Virus record (IMG/VR): IMGVR_UViG_3300042691_026427
Coordinates: 85,249-149,248 of that record
Direction: 5' to 3' (one strand)
DNA: 64,000 nt
From: a virus
How positions within the stretch are numbered: the first letter of the stretch is position 1; the number at the start of each line of letters is the position of its first letter. The notes under the pieces were generated by a model. That model saw only the letters and a list, made by a program, of their open reading frames with translations. It searched no databases and was not told the DNA's origin. A program made the translations under genes and the position numbers. Positions 39,449 through 49,600 of the stretch are shown piece after piece.

Positions 39449-39919
39449 TTAATAGCCTACGCTAAGGGCCCAAGTATTTTGTACACTGCTGACTCGATGT
39501 AGATAGCCCCGTGGTATTATCACATGCTGACCCGGATGCAATACAACCTTTTTATTTCGAATGTAAACTGTCTTTCGACCCTTTATTACATGCAGTAATA
39601 CATTTACATCGTCTTTGTGCCAATCAAAACTGTAGCCAAATTTTTGATTGACAAATAGGTGTATGTTTTTAAAATTTATCTTGTTAAAACAAGAACTGAC
39701 AGCGTGATCTGTTTCAAGGCCTTCAACTTTTATCACAGGATAGGATTTATGCTGTTCTATCCATTGAGAAAAAGTAAAAAAATCTTTAACTATGCAATCA
39801 CTGTGTTTATAGTCAGGGTGACCTATAACTTTTATTAAACCCTGTTCATACTTGGAATAATCTAACAGCTGATCGGCCAGTAATTTACTTACTGTCTTGG
39901 TCAGGCAGTGGTCCGCCAT
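39449..39919 (-). CDS. JmjC/cupin-type oxygenase
   Basis: 'FDWHKDDVNVLLHVIKGRK...L.PGQ...IPRG.LHRV' gives an HxD...H triad. Confidence 0.8.
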   Translation of the reverse strand: MADHCLTKTVSKLLADQLLDYSKYEQGLIKVIGHPDYKHSDCIVKDFFTFSQWIEQHKSYPVIKVEGLETDHAVSSCFNKINFKNIHLFVNQKFGYSFDWHKDDVNVLLHVIKGRKTVYIRNKKVVLHPGQHVIIPRGYLHRVSSVQNTWALSVGY

Positions 39920-40757
39920 ATTTAGAGCCTCTTATCTTTTTGCCTTTGATATAATTGCCCTGGCCGTCTGTATGGCCCTTGCCCTTGCTTTGATGTGCTC
40001 TTAACCCTTGACTGACGCAACTGCTGTGATCGCTGCTGCCCAATCGTTTGCTACTGCGGCAAAGGTCGGGATCAGTTTTTTCGGATACCGATTGATCTTC
40101 TGCCATAGCTGGCTGAGTATCGGAGTAGGCTGAAAATGCCTGCAATGCTTTGGGATTTTGTTTTAGCCATTGTTCAAACCGTTGAGCATTCATATTGGCA
40201 AAAATACCAGTACCTAGTACCCCAGGACTCGGCGGTCTTCCACCTAACTTTAACGCAAGTTCATGCGCTTCTTTGTCTCGTAGAATGTTTGCTTGATATT
40301 CTCTTTGATTGGCTTTGTCTTTCCAATCCATATAACTAGTCCACGAAGAGCCGGCTGGCGATCCTTTTCGTAAGTCAGCAGTAGCTGCTGGTCCAAACGC
40401 CTCCTCCACACCTTTCTTTTGCAAATAGAAATAGGAACTGACTAAATCACTAGGAAAGTCTTCATCGTAATTAAACAAGTGTCCTGCTTTCTTACGGCCC
40501 ATGTCACGGACAACATGCTCCCATGCGGCATTTAATACATCATCTTCAGACGTCAAATCTGGATATTGACTGAACACTTTTGATGCAATGTTTTCATTGT
40601 AGTAATTGCCAAAGTTCTCTCCAACAAGATCGCCCTGACTGGCAGGGCGTTTCATTGAACCTTTGAGGTGCCCAGCAGGGCCTAGTTTGTTTTTATCGCT
40701 GCCCGCAAAGGCTGATGTGGGCATGAAAGCTTCGGTGACAAGTTCGTGTATTCGCAT
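39885..40757 (-). CDS. Hypothetical protein, possible internal head protein
   Basis: MRIHELVTE N-terminus; TAAATA 8 nt upstream. Confidence 0.6.
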   Translation of the reverse strand: MRIHELVTEAFMPTSAFAGSDKNKLGPAGHLKGSMKRPASQGDLVGENFGNYYNENIASKVFSQYPDLTSEDDVLNAAWEHVVRDMGRKKAGHLFNYDEDFPSDLVSSYFYLQKKGVEEAFGPAATADLRKGSPAGSSWTSYMDWKDKANQREYQANILRDKEAHELALKLGGRPPSPGVLGTGIFANMNAQRFEQWLKQNPKALQAFSAYSDTQPAMAEDQSVSEKTDPDLCRSSKRLGSSDHSSCVSQGLRAHQSKGKGHTDGQGNYIKGKKIRGSKYGGPLPDQDSK

Positions 40758-40788
40758 AATGTTTTTATTTAGCGAACAACTGGGTCAA

Positions 40789-41115
40789 TCACCTAAACAG
40801 GATCAGGCCCATGATGAACGTCTGGGCGGCAAAGCCCAAACAGATAGTGGCAATGTAGGCCCGGTTGCGTTCAATCAAACTCTTGAAGAACAATGCAATC
40901 AAGGCGCTCCACACAAAAATCATAAGATCTACTGGAGGCAATCTATCACTGTCCGCCATTAGTACAGCCATCAAGGTAGGAACACTGGCAAGGTGCAACA
41001 ATAAGATCACTATCCAACCTAGGGTATTGCCCGTAACCCTGCCCAAATGATCACGTAGAAAATACCACACCCAACGAGGGGCCATACTCAACATTTCCAT
41101 AATTCGACGATTCAT
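40789..41115 (-). CDS. Membrane protein (about 3 TM), downstream of the cell wall hydrolase
   Basis: Three hydrophobic segments. Confidence 0.65.
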   Translation of the reverse strand: MNRRIMEMLSMAPRWVWYFLRDHLGRVTGNTLGWIVILLLHLASVPTLMAVLMADSDRLPPVDLMIFVWSALIALFFKSLIERNRAYIATICLGFAAQTFIMGLILFR

Positions 41116-41123
41116 GATAATCC

Positions 41124-41717
41124 TTATTTGTAAAAGATGTGACGGCCGATATGTGCCACTTTGGTACGTTTCCAGCCGGGGTTGATATAGTCTCCGTGAA
41201 AATACAGAGCCTGCTCTAGACTGGGTAGTCTAAATCCTTCTAGCAAGACTTTCTTGGCCACAGCCATGCTTTCTTCATATTCGCGGCCATTAGCTGGCTT
41301 GACTTTGGTCACGCCCGAGCAGGTCCAACTGAACTGGCACACGACCTTATCCATTATGGGGCTCTTTTGATAGATAACCCTGCAGATGTCATCAGGGAAC
41401 TGGCTGCTTTTAACTCTGTTGAGAGTAACCTGAGCTACAGCTACCTTGCCCTCAAAAGGCTCACCTCCAGATTCGTAATAGATATTACGGGCTAAACAGT
41501 CTAATTGGCGCTCACGTACAGCTACAGTAACTTCTGCGGTGTCGGGCACTGCTCGGGCTTGTGCCTTGTGATCCATGGCCCAACTTAGTAGATTGATCGA
41601 TACCCAAAGAGCTGCCACGGCAAAAATCACTGTAAGGATCATGCCCAATGCACCAGCTATCTTTTGATCAGTGGACCAACGTTGCTGTTGATCCGCTGTG
41701 TTCATGATATTATTCAT
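41124..41717 (-). CDS. SleB/CwlJ-like cell wall hydrolase (Hydrolase_2) with N-terminal membrane anchor
   Basis: 'CLARNIYYESGGEPFEGKVAVAQVTLNRV....FP..IC.VIYQ...CQFSW...ALYFH..YI.P.W...IGRHIFY'. Confidence 0.9.
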   Translation of the reverse strand: MNNIMNTADQQQRWSTDQKIAGALGMILTVIFAVAALWVSINLLSWAMDHKAQARAVPDTAEVTVAVRERQLDCLARNIYYESGGEPFEGKVAVAQVTLNRVKSSQFPDDICRVIYQKSPIMDKVVCQFSWTCSGVTKVKPANGREYEESMAVAKKVLLEGFRLPSLEQALYFHGDYINPGWKRTKVAHIGRHIFYK

Positions 41718-41853
41718 AACAATGAACCTCCTTGTATATGGTTAATAAGTAATGATGTTATGACAGGTTTTAAACACAGTGTTGAACACACTAGTATAAC
41801 CCTACATCTTGCGGAACTGGACACACAAGTGTGTGTAATCCAGCATAGTGTTA

Positions 41854-41882
41854 ATTATACGATCTAGTCAGCATCCCGCCAA
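41854..41882 (-). promoter_or_regulatory. Putative sigma70 promoter of the hydrolase
   Basis: TTGGCG-N17-TATAAT; perfect TTGGTAAAACCAA palindrome at 41901-41913 just upstream. Confidence 0.5.
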
Positions 41883-41953
41883 GTGTGGATCTATCCACTC
41901 TTGGTAAAACCAAATCTAACACATACTAATATTTAACAAGAAACAACTTATCT

Positions 41954-42742
41954 ATGCAAAACCAAAGTACTGGCACAGCCCTGGGCATTATCCAAAGTAG
42001 AGGCCTAGGCGACATTTTTATAGCCCTGCCTATAGCCAAGCATTATCATGATCAAGGTCGCAAGATCATTTGGCCTATTTGTGAAGAATTCCACAGTGCT
42101 GTAGCCCACACGGTGCCCTGGATTGAATGGGTACCTATTCCTGTAGATCCTATGGGCAAGTTTTTTTATGATAGACCATATTTTGAACTAGGTCGTAGGG
42201 GATGTAGTGAACACATTTGCCTATATCAGGCGCTAACAGGTCATCCAGAATTCAGCAGTGCAGCCTGGTTTCAAATCCAAAAGTTTGATGAATACAAATA
42301 TACTCGTGCCCAGGTGCCATTTTATAAAAAATGGACACTGAGAAACTGTTACGAGCCTAACAAAGAGCAGACTGCTAGCCTAAAAACTCAATTGCAGTTA
42401 GAAGATGGTCAACCTTACTGTGTTGTACATCGCAAGGGCAGTAACTATACCGCCAGCCCAGATCTATCCAGCTTGCCCCCTGAGTGGCGTGTAATAGACG
42501 TAGACAGCTACCCGGGCTACAGTCCGTTTGATTGGGTTCCCCTAATTGAAGCAGCGGATGCATTTATTGCCATTGATTCAGCATGGAGCAACATGGTGGA
42601 CCAATTGGATCTCGCGGTGGACAAGTACTGGATTCCTCGCAGTCACATACACTTAACTCCAGTATTAGGATCAACATGGACAATATTAGAGCCGCCCCAA
42701 GATAGCATGGCGGCAAAAGCAATATTTCAGGCAACAAAATGA
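41954..42742 (+). CDS. GT-B glycosyltransferase (GT9/heptosyltransferase-like)
   Basis: 'SRGLGDIF...PIA' and 'LIEAADAFIAIDSA..NM'. Confidence 0.65.
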   Translation: MQNQSTGTALGIIQSRGLGDIFIALPIAKHYHDQGRKIIWPICEEFHSAVAHTVPWIEWVPIPVDPMGKFFYDRPYFELGRRGCSEHICLYQALTGHPEFSSAAWFQIQKFDEYKYTRAQVPFYKKWTLRNCYEPNKEQTASLKTQLQLEDGQPYCVVHRKGSNYTASPDLSSLPPEWRVIDVDSYPGYSPFDWVPLIEAADAFIAIDSAWSNMVDQLDLAVDKYWIPRSHIHLTPVLGSTWTILEPPQDSMAAKAIFQATK

Positions 42743-43476
42743 AAATTTGGATTTATTATCATATAGCGCAATTTCCCGGATGGGAAGAACTGGTAGACGA
42801 AAAAATCGCCCTGATGAAACAACACGGGCTCTGGGATCGTGCAGATCGTATTGTGTTGCAATTACATTATGATCCAGACGCAGCATTAAGGTGGATGTTG
42901 AAACATAAGGATATCAGAACCGATCCTAGAATCGAAGTTCGTCGACACATAGAAGTTTTTGGAATCTTTGGAATCTTTCCCACACAGAAACCTGTAGGAG
43001 AAGTGTATTCAATTAGAGAACTGCATGATCAAAGTTTAAAGACTACGGAAAATACCGCAGTGTTTCACTATCATACCAAAGGTATTACTCATCGCTGGGA
43101 CGAAACATGGCCAGCAGCACAAGAGTGGAATCGATATTACGACTACTGGAACATTGAAAAATGGCAATTGTGCTATCAAGCATTGCAAGCAGGCTATGAC
43201 ACTGTAGGAGCCAATTGGCATAACGGGTGCTGGAGTGGCACTATCTGGTGGGCCACTACTGATTGGATGAATCAAATTCCCAAATTAAAATGGCCGCACG
43301 AAGTCAATTTTGAAAAGCAATTAAACAGCTGGAGTGCTCGACATGATGCAGAGCATTGGATTGGTTATTGTAATCCTCGCAGGTTAGAATTAGATCACTT
43401 CGAACATGCTGCCGATTGTAGATGGCAACCAGACGCTTCAGTTTACAGACTTGATCAAGATCAGCCTAAAGAATAA
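42739..43476 (+). CDS. Hypothetical protein, possibly glycosyltransferase-related
   Basis: 'IYYHI', 'YHTKG', 'YDTVG', 'SG..WWA', 'E.WI'; coupled to the upstream GT. Confidence 0.55.
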   Translation: MKIWIYYHIAQFPGWEELVDEKIALMKQHGLWDRADRIVLQLHYDPDAALRWMLKHKDIRTDPRIEVRRHIEVFGIFGIFPTQKPVGEVYSIRELHDQSLKTTENTAVFHYHTKGITHRWDETWPAAQEWNRYYDYWNIEKWQLCYQALQAGYDTVGANWHNGCWSGTIWWATTDWMNQIPKLKWPHEVNFEKQLNSWSARHDAEHWIGYCNPRRLELDHFEHAADCRWQPDASVYRLDQDQPKE

Positions 43477-43494
43477 AACATTTATTTAGATCAT

Positions 43495-43523
43495 AAAAAA
43501 CCCCGGAACTTCCGGGGTTTTTT
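43495..43523. terminator. Bidirectional intrinsic terminator
   Basis: aaaaaaCCCCGGAA-c-TTCCGGGGtttttt between convergent genes. Confidence 0.85.
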
Positions 43524-43542
43524 GTGGGTGCATAATCTAGCG

Positions 43543-46401
43543 TTATGCTTGTGCTTCTGACCAGTTCATACGTGCTGTAACTGATGCGTTGCCTGCAAGT
43601 GGAACAACAGCAACAGTCATAATATCAGGACCGTCTGGATATTTGTTAATGTCAGTAGTTGGGTAGTTTAGTGAATTTCCACCACCCAAAATACTGTTAC
43701 CAATGTCTCGTAACCTGAACAAATCTTGTGAACTAACACCACCAGCCGGTGCAATAAAGGTAAACATAGCCTCGCCCGATGACATAGTTTGAGTGTTGGT
43801 ATGTAGTGCAACCTGTGCAAGACTTGATCCACCGATGTTTACAAAAGTGCCGCCGGTTACCCTAGCATTTAACCAAAGTTCAACACGAACCGCAGCAGTG
43901 GTCGTAAACGTTCCAATACCTACAGGTTGTAACTGCATACGATTGATAAGTTCACGAGCACCTAAAATTCCAACGATACCAGAGTCAACTGTTGGTCCTA
44001 ATCGAATACTGAAAACAGGATAACGTTGACCAGCAGTGGCATAAGTGATAGGTGATACCATACCGTAGTTAAACAGAATAGATTTATCATCATCGTAACG
44101 TCCGTCCATGATAACTGAGCTACCCCAGTGACTGATTGTATTACTACACTGAGGACTAAAATACGTTACTCCGATTGGAGCCGTTGCACTGAATGTAAAT
44201 GTTTGACCGGTTGCAGCGCCACCACCACCAGTTAACCCCAACGGACCAGTTAAGTTAGTTCTTGCACGAGTTAATCCCGTAAACGATGTAGCAGTTCTTC
44301 CAGTATAGCTGATATACTCAATTGCTGCACCAGTATTTCCACTCTGTGTAACAACCAGTATTCCTGCTGGTGGAAAGCCAGCAGTGGTTACTACGTTTAT
44401 TGAAGTTGTTTCAGTGTTGCTAACTGTACCAGTAATCTTAGTATATGGAGCAATAGTGTTAACTTCATATCGAGCGGGCATGTTACCCGATCGCATAAAT
44501 GCTTCAGTTAAACTGTTTGCGTGGGCAATTCTATGTGCAAAAGTAAATTCACCTCTGGCATTCTTAACACCAAATCGAATTGCACCGGCACCGTACCAAC
44601 TGTAATCTAACATCCACATTTGTATTTTGGTAATATCGAGGTTAAATCCACTTGCTCCCGTTCCATCTAGTCTGTCAATGTTGAAACTGCTTTGTGGAAT
44701 TCTTAGATTGTCAGTACGACTGATAATACACTGAGTTGGGGATGCAATAGCAGTACCTCTATATTCAGGGTAGATAGTCATGGATGTATTGCTTTCAATA
44801 CTGACCACTGTATGACTCATTCCTCGTATAACAATAAAGTCTCCTGGGGATAGCTGTAACGCCCACTGTGTGTTTATTCCAGTACATATTTGGCCGTTTG
44901 CTGCCAACGTACTGATATATCCGGCTAACTGGAATGTGCTTGATCTGCGGACTACGTTGATACCCTGACCATCATATTCCCAGAAGAATCCATTTTGATT
45001 GTCAAACATGCCCAGTCGAATAAATGCTCCAAACCAGGTAAAAGGTTGTACAGTAATACCAGTACCAGTAGCAGGAGTAACACCGGGACTGCCGCCTGCT
45101 GTATAGGTAAATGTTAGTTCTGTCGGAACACCAGTTACTGTAAAAGTACCGTTATATGCTGCTTGATCAGCACCGCTAACTCTAATAACAGCATCAGTAA
45201 ACAAGTTATGAGGGAACTTGGTAGTAACTGTAACAGTTGCACCACTTGCAGTCAAACTGTCAAGCACGAATGGACTGGTCATACAACTACCAGTAGAGAA
45301 CTGCATACCTTTACCAGATTGGTAACGGAAATATCGACGAGTCTGACGAATTAGTTGGTTACCATGATATGGTGCACCAGCAGTAAAATATACGCCGCCG
45401 TCAAAAGGTCTGTGAATAGCATTACCCCAAGGACGAGCAAACAATGACAGTTGTGCACCGGCGGCGGCAGTTATTGCACCAACTGGTGCAGTGACTACTT
45501 CAAATGTAAATGTGTTACTAGTTGGGGTTGTTCTAACAAACCAAGATCCGTTTGGAGGATTTGACGTCGCTGCTGTTGTTCCTACAACGTAAACAGCATC
45601 GCCCACAGACAATCCATGGTGGAAAGTTGTTGTGCAAGTTACCAATGTACCAACGTTGGTAAATGCTGCACCAGATCCAGTGCCAACAGTAATACCAGCA
45701 CCTGTGTAAAATACTCCAATAAACACCAATGTCTTTGTAGCATCAAAAATGTTACCGTTAGTTACGTTTCCTCTGGCAATGTATGTAAGTGTACCGGAGC
45801 CAACAGTAGCGGGCAAATACCAACCGTTGGCAGAAGGATCAGCCGAATCTTGAACGAAAATTGGTGTGCTAACGGACGGTGCAACACTAGGTGTACCACT
45901 CCAGTTAAGTGTAACAGTTCTAGTTCCGTTGCCGGAAATAGCAGTTAAGGTAATGGAAGCTGTGGGATCATAAAATGCACTAGGTCTGTTGTTTAACAAA
46001 CTGATAGTTTCCCATTTAGTAGGCTGTGTTCCGAATTCAAAGTCAGTATCAATTAATGATTGAGGAGTACTGACTTTGAATTTTTGGTTGGCATCCATCA
46101 TAACTTCAGCCGGATACATTGTTTCATTTGTTTCGTCAACAATAATACTCAACTTATCACTGTTGCTCATTGAGCCAGTATTATAAGTCAAAACAATTAC
46201 AGTAGTTTCTACGTTGTTGGTTTGCGATGTAGTGTAACTGCTGGCAGTTAACGAACTATCTGCAAAATTGTAGATAACAGTATTTGTTGTGACGTTGGTA
46301 ATTAATACTAACTGCTCTCGCCTTACGGTTCTGCCATTAATAGTAATTGTTCGTGTACTAGCATTGAAAGAATAGGCTTCTAAAATTACGTGTTTAGCCA
46401 T
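43543..46401 (-). CDS. Virion structural/tail-associated protein
   Basis: Thr/Gly-rich beta repeats 'VT.TT..(P/H)H.L...D.(I/V).VSG.....NG.F.V...PT..TFT(Y/F)'. Confidence 0.7.
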   Translation of the reverse strand: MAKHVILEAYSFNASTRTITINGRTVRREQLVLITNVTTNTVIYNFADSSLTASSYTTSQTNNVETTVIVLTYNTGSMSNSDKLSIIVDETNETMYPAEVMMDANQKFKVSTPQSLIDTDFEFGTQPTKWETISLLNNRPSAFYDPTASITLTAISGNGTRTVTLNWSGTPSVAPSVSTPIFVQDSADPSANGWYLPATVGSGTLTYIARGNVTNGNIFDATKTLVFIGVFYTGAGITVGTGSGAAFTNVGTLVTCTTTFHHGLSVGDAVYVVGTTAATSNPPNGSWFVRTTPTSNTFTFEVVTAPVGAITAAAGAQLSLFARPWGNAIHRPFDGGVYFTAGAPYHGNQLIRQTRRYFRYQSGKGMQFSTGSCMTSPFVLDSLTASGATVTVTTKFPHNLFTDAVIRVSGADQAAYNGTFTVTGVPTELTFTYTAGGSPGVTPATGTGITVQPFTWFGAFIRLGMFDNQNGFFWEYDGQGINVVRRSSTFQLAGYISTLAANGQICTGINTQWALQLSPGDFIVIRGMSHTVVSIESNTSMTIYPEYRGTAIASPTQCIISRTDNLRIPQSSFNIDRLDGTGASGFNLDITKIQMWMLDYSWYGAGAIRFGVKNARGEFTFAHRIAHANSLTEAFMRSGNMPARYEVNTIAPYTKITGTVSNTETTSINVVTTAGFPPAGILVVTQSGNTGAAIEYISYTGRTATSFTGLTRARTNLTGPLGLTGGGGAATGQTFTFSATAPIGVTYFSPQCSNTISHWGSSVIMDGRYDDDKSILFNYGMVSPITYATAGQRYPVFSIRLGPTVDSGIVGILGARELINRMQLQPVGIGTFTTTAAVRVELWLNARVTGGTFVNIGGSSLAQVALHTNTQTMSSGEAMFTFIAPAGGVSSQDLFRLRDIGNSILGGGNSLNYPTTDINKYPDGPDIMTVAVVPLAGNASVTARMNWSEAQA

Positions 46402-46415
46402 TTGTTATTTCCTAA

Positions 46416-46646
46416 TTATTCTTCTGTAACTACATCGATTGGACTACCAGATACTGGGCGTAGCCATTCAATTCCGGTTCCTAGATCGTGTTTTAATGCA
46501 AATATAATATTGCCGTTGTAGTTCATTACCTGTGGATTATCCCCAGTTAGCCTAGCACATCTGTCCATAGCTTCGTTCATTGTAATACCTAATACTTCGT
46601 AAAAATGTGTATGGTCTGGAAATGCGTTGTTTAGTTCTTGAAACAT
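46416..46646 (-). CDS. Hypothetical protein
   Basis: In an operon; AAGGA SD and TAAATA upstream. Confidence 0.65.
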   Translation of the reverse strand: MFQELNNAFPDHTHFYEVLGITMNEAMDRCARLTGDNPQVMNYNGNIIFALKHDLGTGIEWLRPVSGSPIDVVTEE

Positions 46647-46679
46647 GTTAAGTCCTTGTGGAAAATATATGTTATTTAG

Positions 46680-49600
46680 TTAATTCCAAAACTGTATTGG
46701 TTCCTTTTTAGGAGCTGCTACGTCTATAATTCCGGTGCTGCCGGTCTTAAAATCGCCCGTTTTAAGTTTTAGTATATTTTCAACTATTTGGAATTTGAAT
46801 GTCTCGGCAACTTTTTCTGGCGGAACACGGTATCTAAAAATATCGCCCCGTGAGAAGGACAAATCAACTGGTAATCTTACCTTGATGGAATCTTTTTGTA
46901 AATTGCCTTGTAAAATTATGGCAGATACGTCTTTGATCTTTGTCGAATCTCTTTGTAACAGTCCAGAGGTGATTCTAAAATTGCTGTCATCTAACGAACT
47001 GCCAAACGGTGTGTTGACAACTCCATATCGGTATCCTCCAGCCAACTCAGCATAGAATAAACTTTCTCTAGGTCGTGTTGGGGGAACTGTTGTTCTTACG
47101 CTTGATTTTGGATATATCGAAACACTAGCACTGGCAATAGTAGCGTTTGCTGTTTGATCTACATAAAACTCGTTAGATGTTTTTGTGTAAGTAATAAAAT
47201 TAGTGCCTGCATTTGTTACAGGAACAGTTATGTATGAACTATTATTGTTGTTAGTTATACGTACAAAAGATCCCACAACATACGGAATTAATGTTGTACT
47301 ATTATTAAAAAATACTGAAACATCATAACCAGTGTCTATCCTTTGAATAGTCATGCCACTGATACTAGGAAAATCATCTAATTCTAAAATTGTCACACTA
47401 TCAATAGTAGCAGACAATACTGTTACATCTCTTCCATAGTTTACATTGCCATTGTAAATTCTAATTCTATTACCCGCTGCAAATGTCTGAACTAATGTAG
47501 TAGAGAAGTATAATGTAATTGTTGGAGTACCCACAGGTAACACGGTAAGCACATCACGATCTTCAATATACCATAACACCGCATCATTGGTAAATTGACT
47601 AGTTCTACCCGTTACAGAAACTCTAGGGTCAGTAGATACATTGACTGAACTAAAAGGTTCACTAATTATGCCTTCATTATCAAATGTTGACAGTTTAGAT
47701 GCAGTTATTGTTGTATTATCTGGTGCAAACGCTCTTCCTTGATTATAAGTAGAATTTGATCTAAATCCTGGAGCAATGACAGAATATCTATACCATGCAG
47801 CAGGACTATTTGGTACAGTAATAGCTGAATAGTTGCTCTGATCAAAATAATTGTCAGTTATTCCAATTCTTACAGGTCTGTTTGCAGGTTCCTTAACTCT
47901 AATGGCCGCTGATAATTTATTAACAGTTAGTCTATTTCCGTCTGCTTTTACTTTAATAGCCGCTGATAATTTACTCGATGTAGGTGCAAAGAATACTTGA
48001 GAATATAATACTGAGAATTTAAATTTAGTAAGAGCACCTGTTAAAAAATACAGAGGTAATAGTGTGTCTGAACGTAGTTGGGATACAAATTTTATCTTTT
48101 CTGGAGTAAACGGAGCAATTACTGATGCTAATTTTACTATAGGTTTATTAATGATCTCTGTTCTAAATCTAACACCGTCACTTCTAACAGGTGATACTGA
48201 TCTTAATTTGCCTAGACCGGGTGTATAAAATACTTCATTGGTATTGAATTTAAATTTAACAGGTTCTAAATTGCCTTGCTCTAACAGATAAATTATATCT
48301 GTTACTTTTATAGTAGGTTTTCTAATTGACTCAGCAGGATTAAAAACAATCTTGTCTCCTTTTAGGGGAGTGATAGATTTTAATTTACCAATAGCAAGTG
48401 CCCTATCAGAAGATTGATCAGTAGCTAGTTTAAGTAATTGCTTGTTTAAATTTGCCGAAGTTGGTGCAAAGAATAATTGAGTTTTGAATAGTTGTTTGTT
48501 TAAATTGGCAGATGTAGGTGTATAAAATACTTCAGTATTTAAAAACGGTACTTTAAATTTATCAACTAGTGCTGTGTTTATTTCTTGAGGATCTGCACGC
48601 AATTGAGATACAAACTTTATCTTTTCTGTTCTAAATATTACGCCATCGCCCTTAACAGGTGACATTGATTTCAATTTACCAGTGATCGATAGTCCTTGCT
48701 CAATTGTATTACTGGTCAATTTAAACAGTTGTTTTGCAAGTTGGCCAGATGTTTCTGGCAACAAAAATACTTGATTTGTATTACTTCTAAATCTAATAGG
48801 ATTATTAATTGCACCTGCAGCAGATATTACTTTGTCACCACGTAGTTGAGATACAAATCTTATCTTTTCTGGTTTAAAAGAAGAATCCACTGATGCTAAT
48901 TTTAGAAGTTGTTTATTAATTGTTGCTGTTCTAAACCTAGTATCATCTGATGTTAATTTTAGTAGAGGTTTATTAATTGTTGCTGTTCTAAATCTAGTAC
49001 CGTCACTCTTGACAGGTGCTACTGATTTCAATTTACCAAAAGATCTCTGTGCATTATCTGCTGCAAAAGTTCTACCATAGGAATAGGTACCATTGTTTCT
49101 ATATCCAGGTGCAAGATTAAAATAATAAAATCTTTCAGCAGGAGTTATTGGTCGTGTAGTAAGTCTAACACTAGTCTGTGATGTTAAACTTTCTACCCTA
49201 TTCATATAGGTAGCAGTGGTAGTCACAGTGATAGTTACGGCTTTTAGTCTGTTGGCAGCGTTTACTTCATTAGTGTTTATTTTAGCAACTGACGGTATTA
49301 GTCTAGTAACTGCACTAACTTTAGCAACTGTTAAGTTTCTGCCTACCGATTCTACAGTGGCAGCAGACTGGCCTCTCAACCCAGGGGCCAATTCAAAATA
49401 GTATAAATTTTCTCTGGCGTTTGTAGGTGCTTCAAGTGGTTTGACAAACAACCTAGGATAGACGCTAGTCACAGTCTGCTCAATTGTAGAAGTTCCGGCG
49501 GGGAAATCGTTAGGATCTAATATTGTTACACTAGAATTTGTTCCTGTGATAACTGCAAATATTTTATTGTATCCATTAGAAGAATTTGTTACTCGAACAG

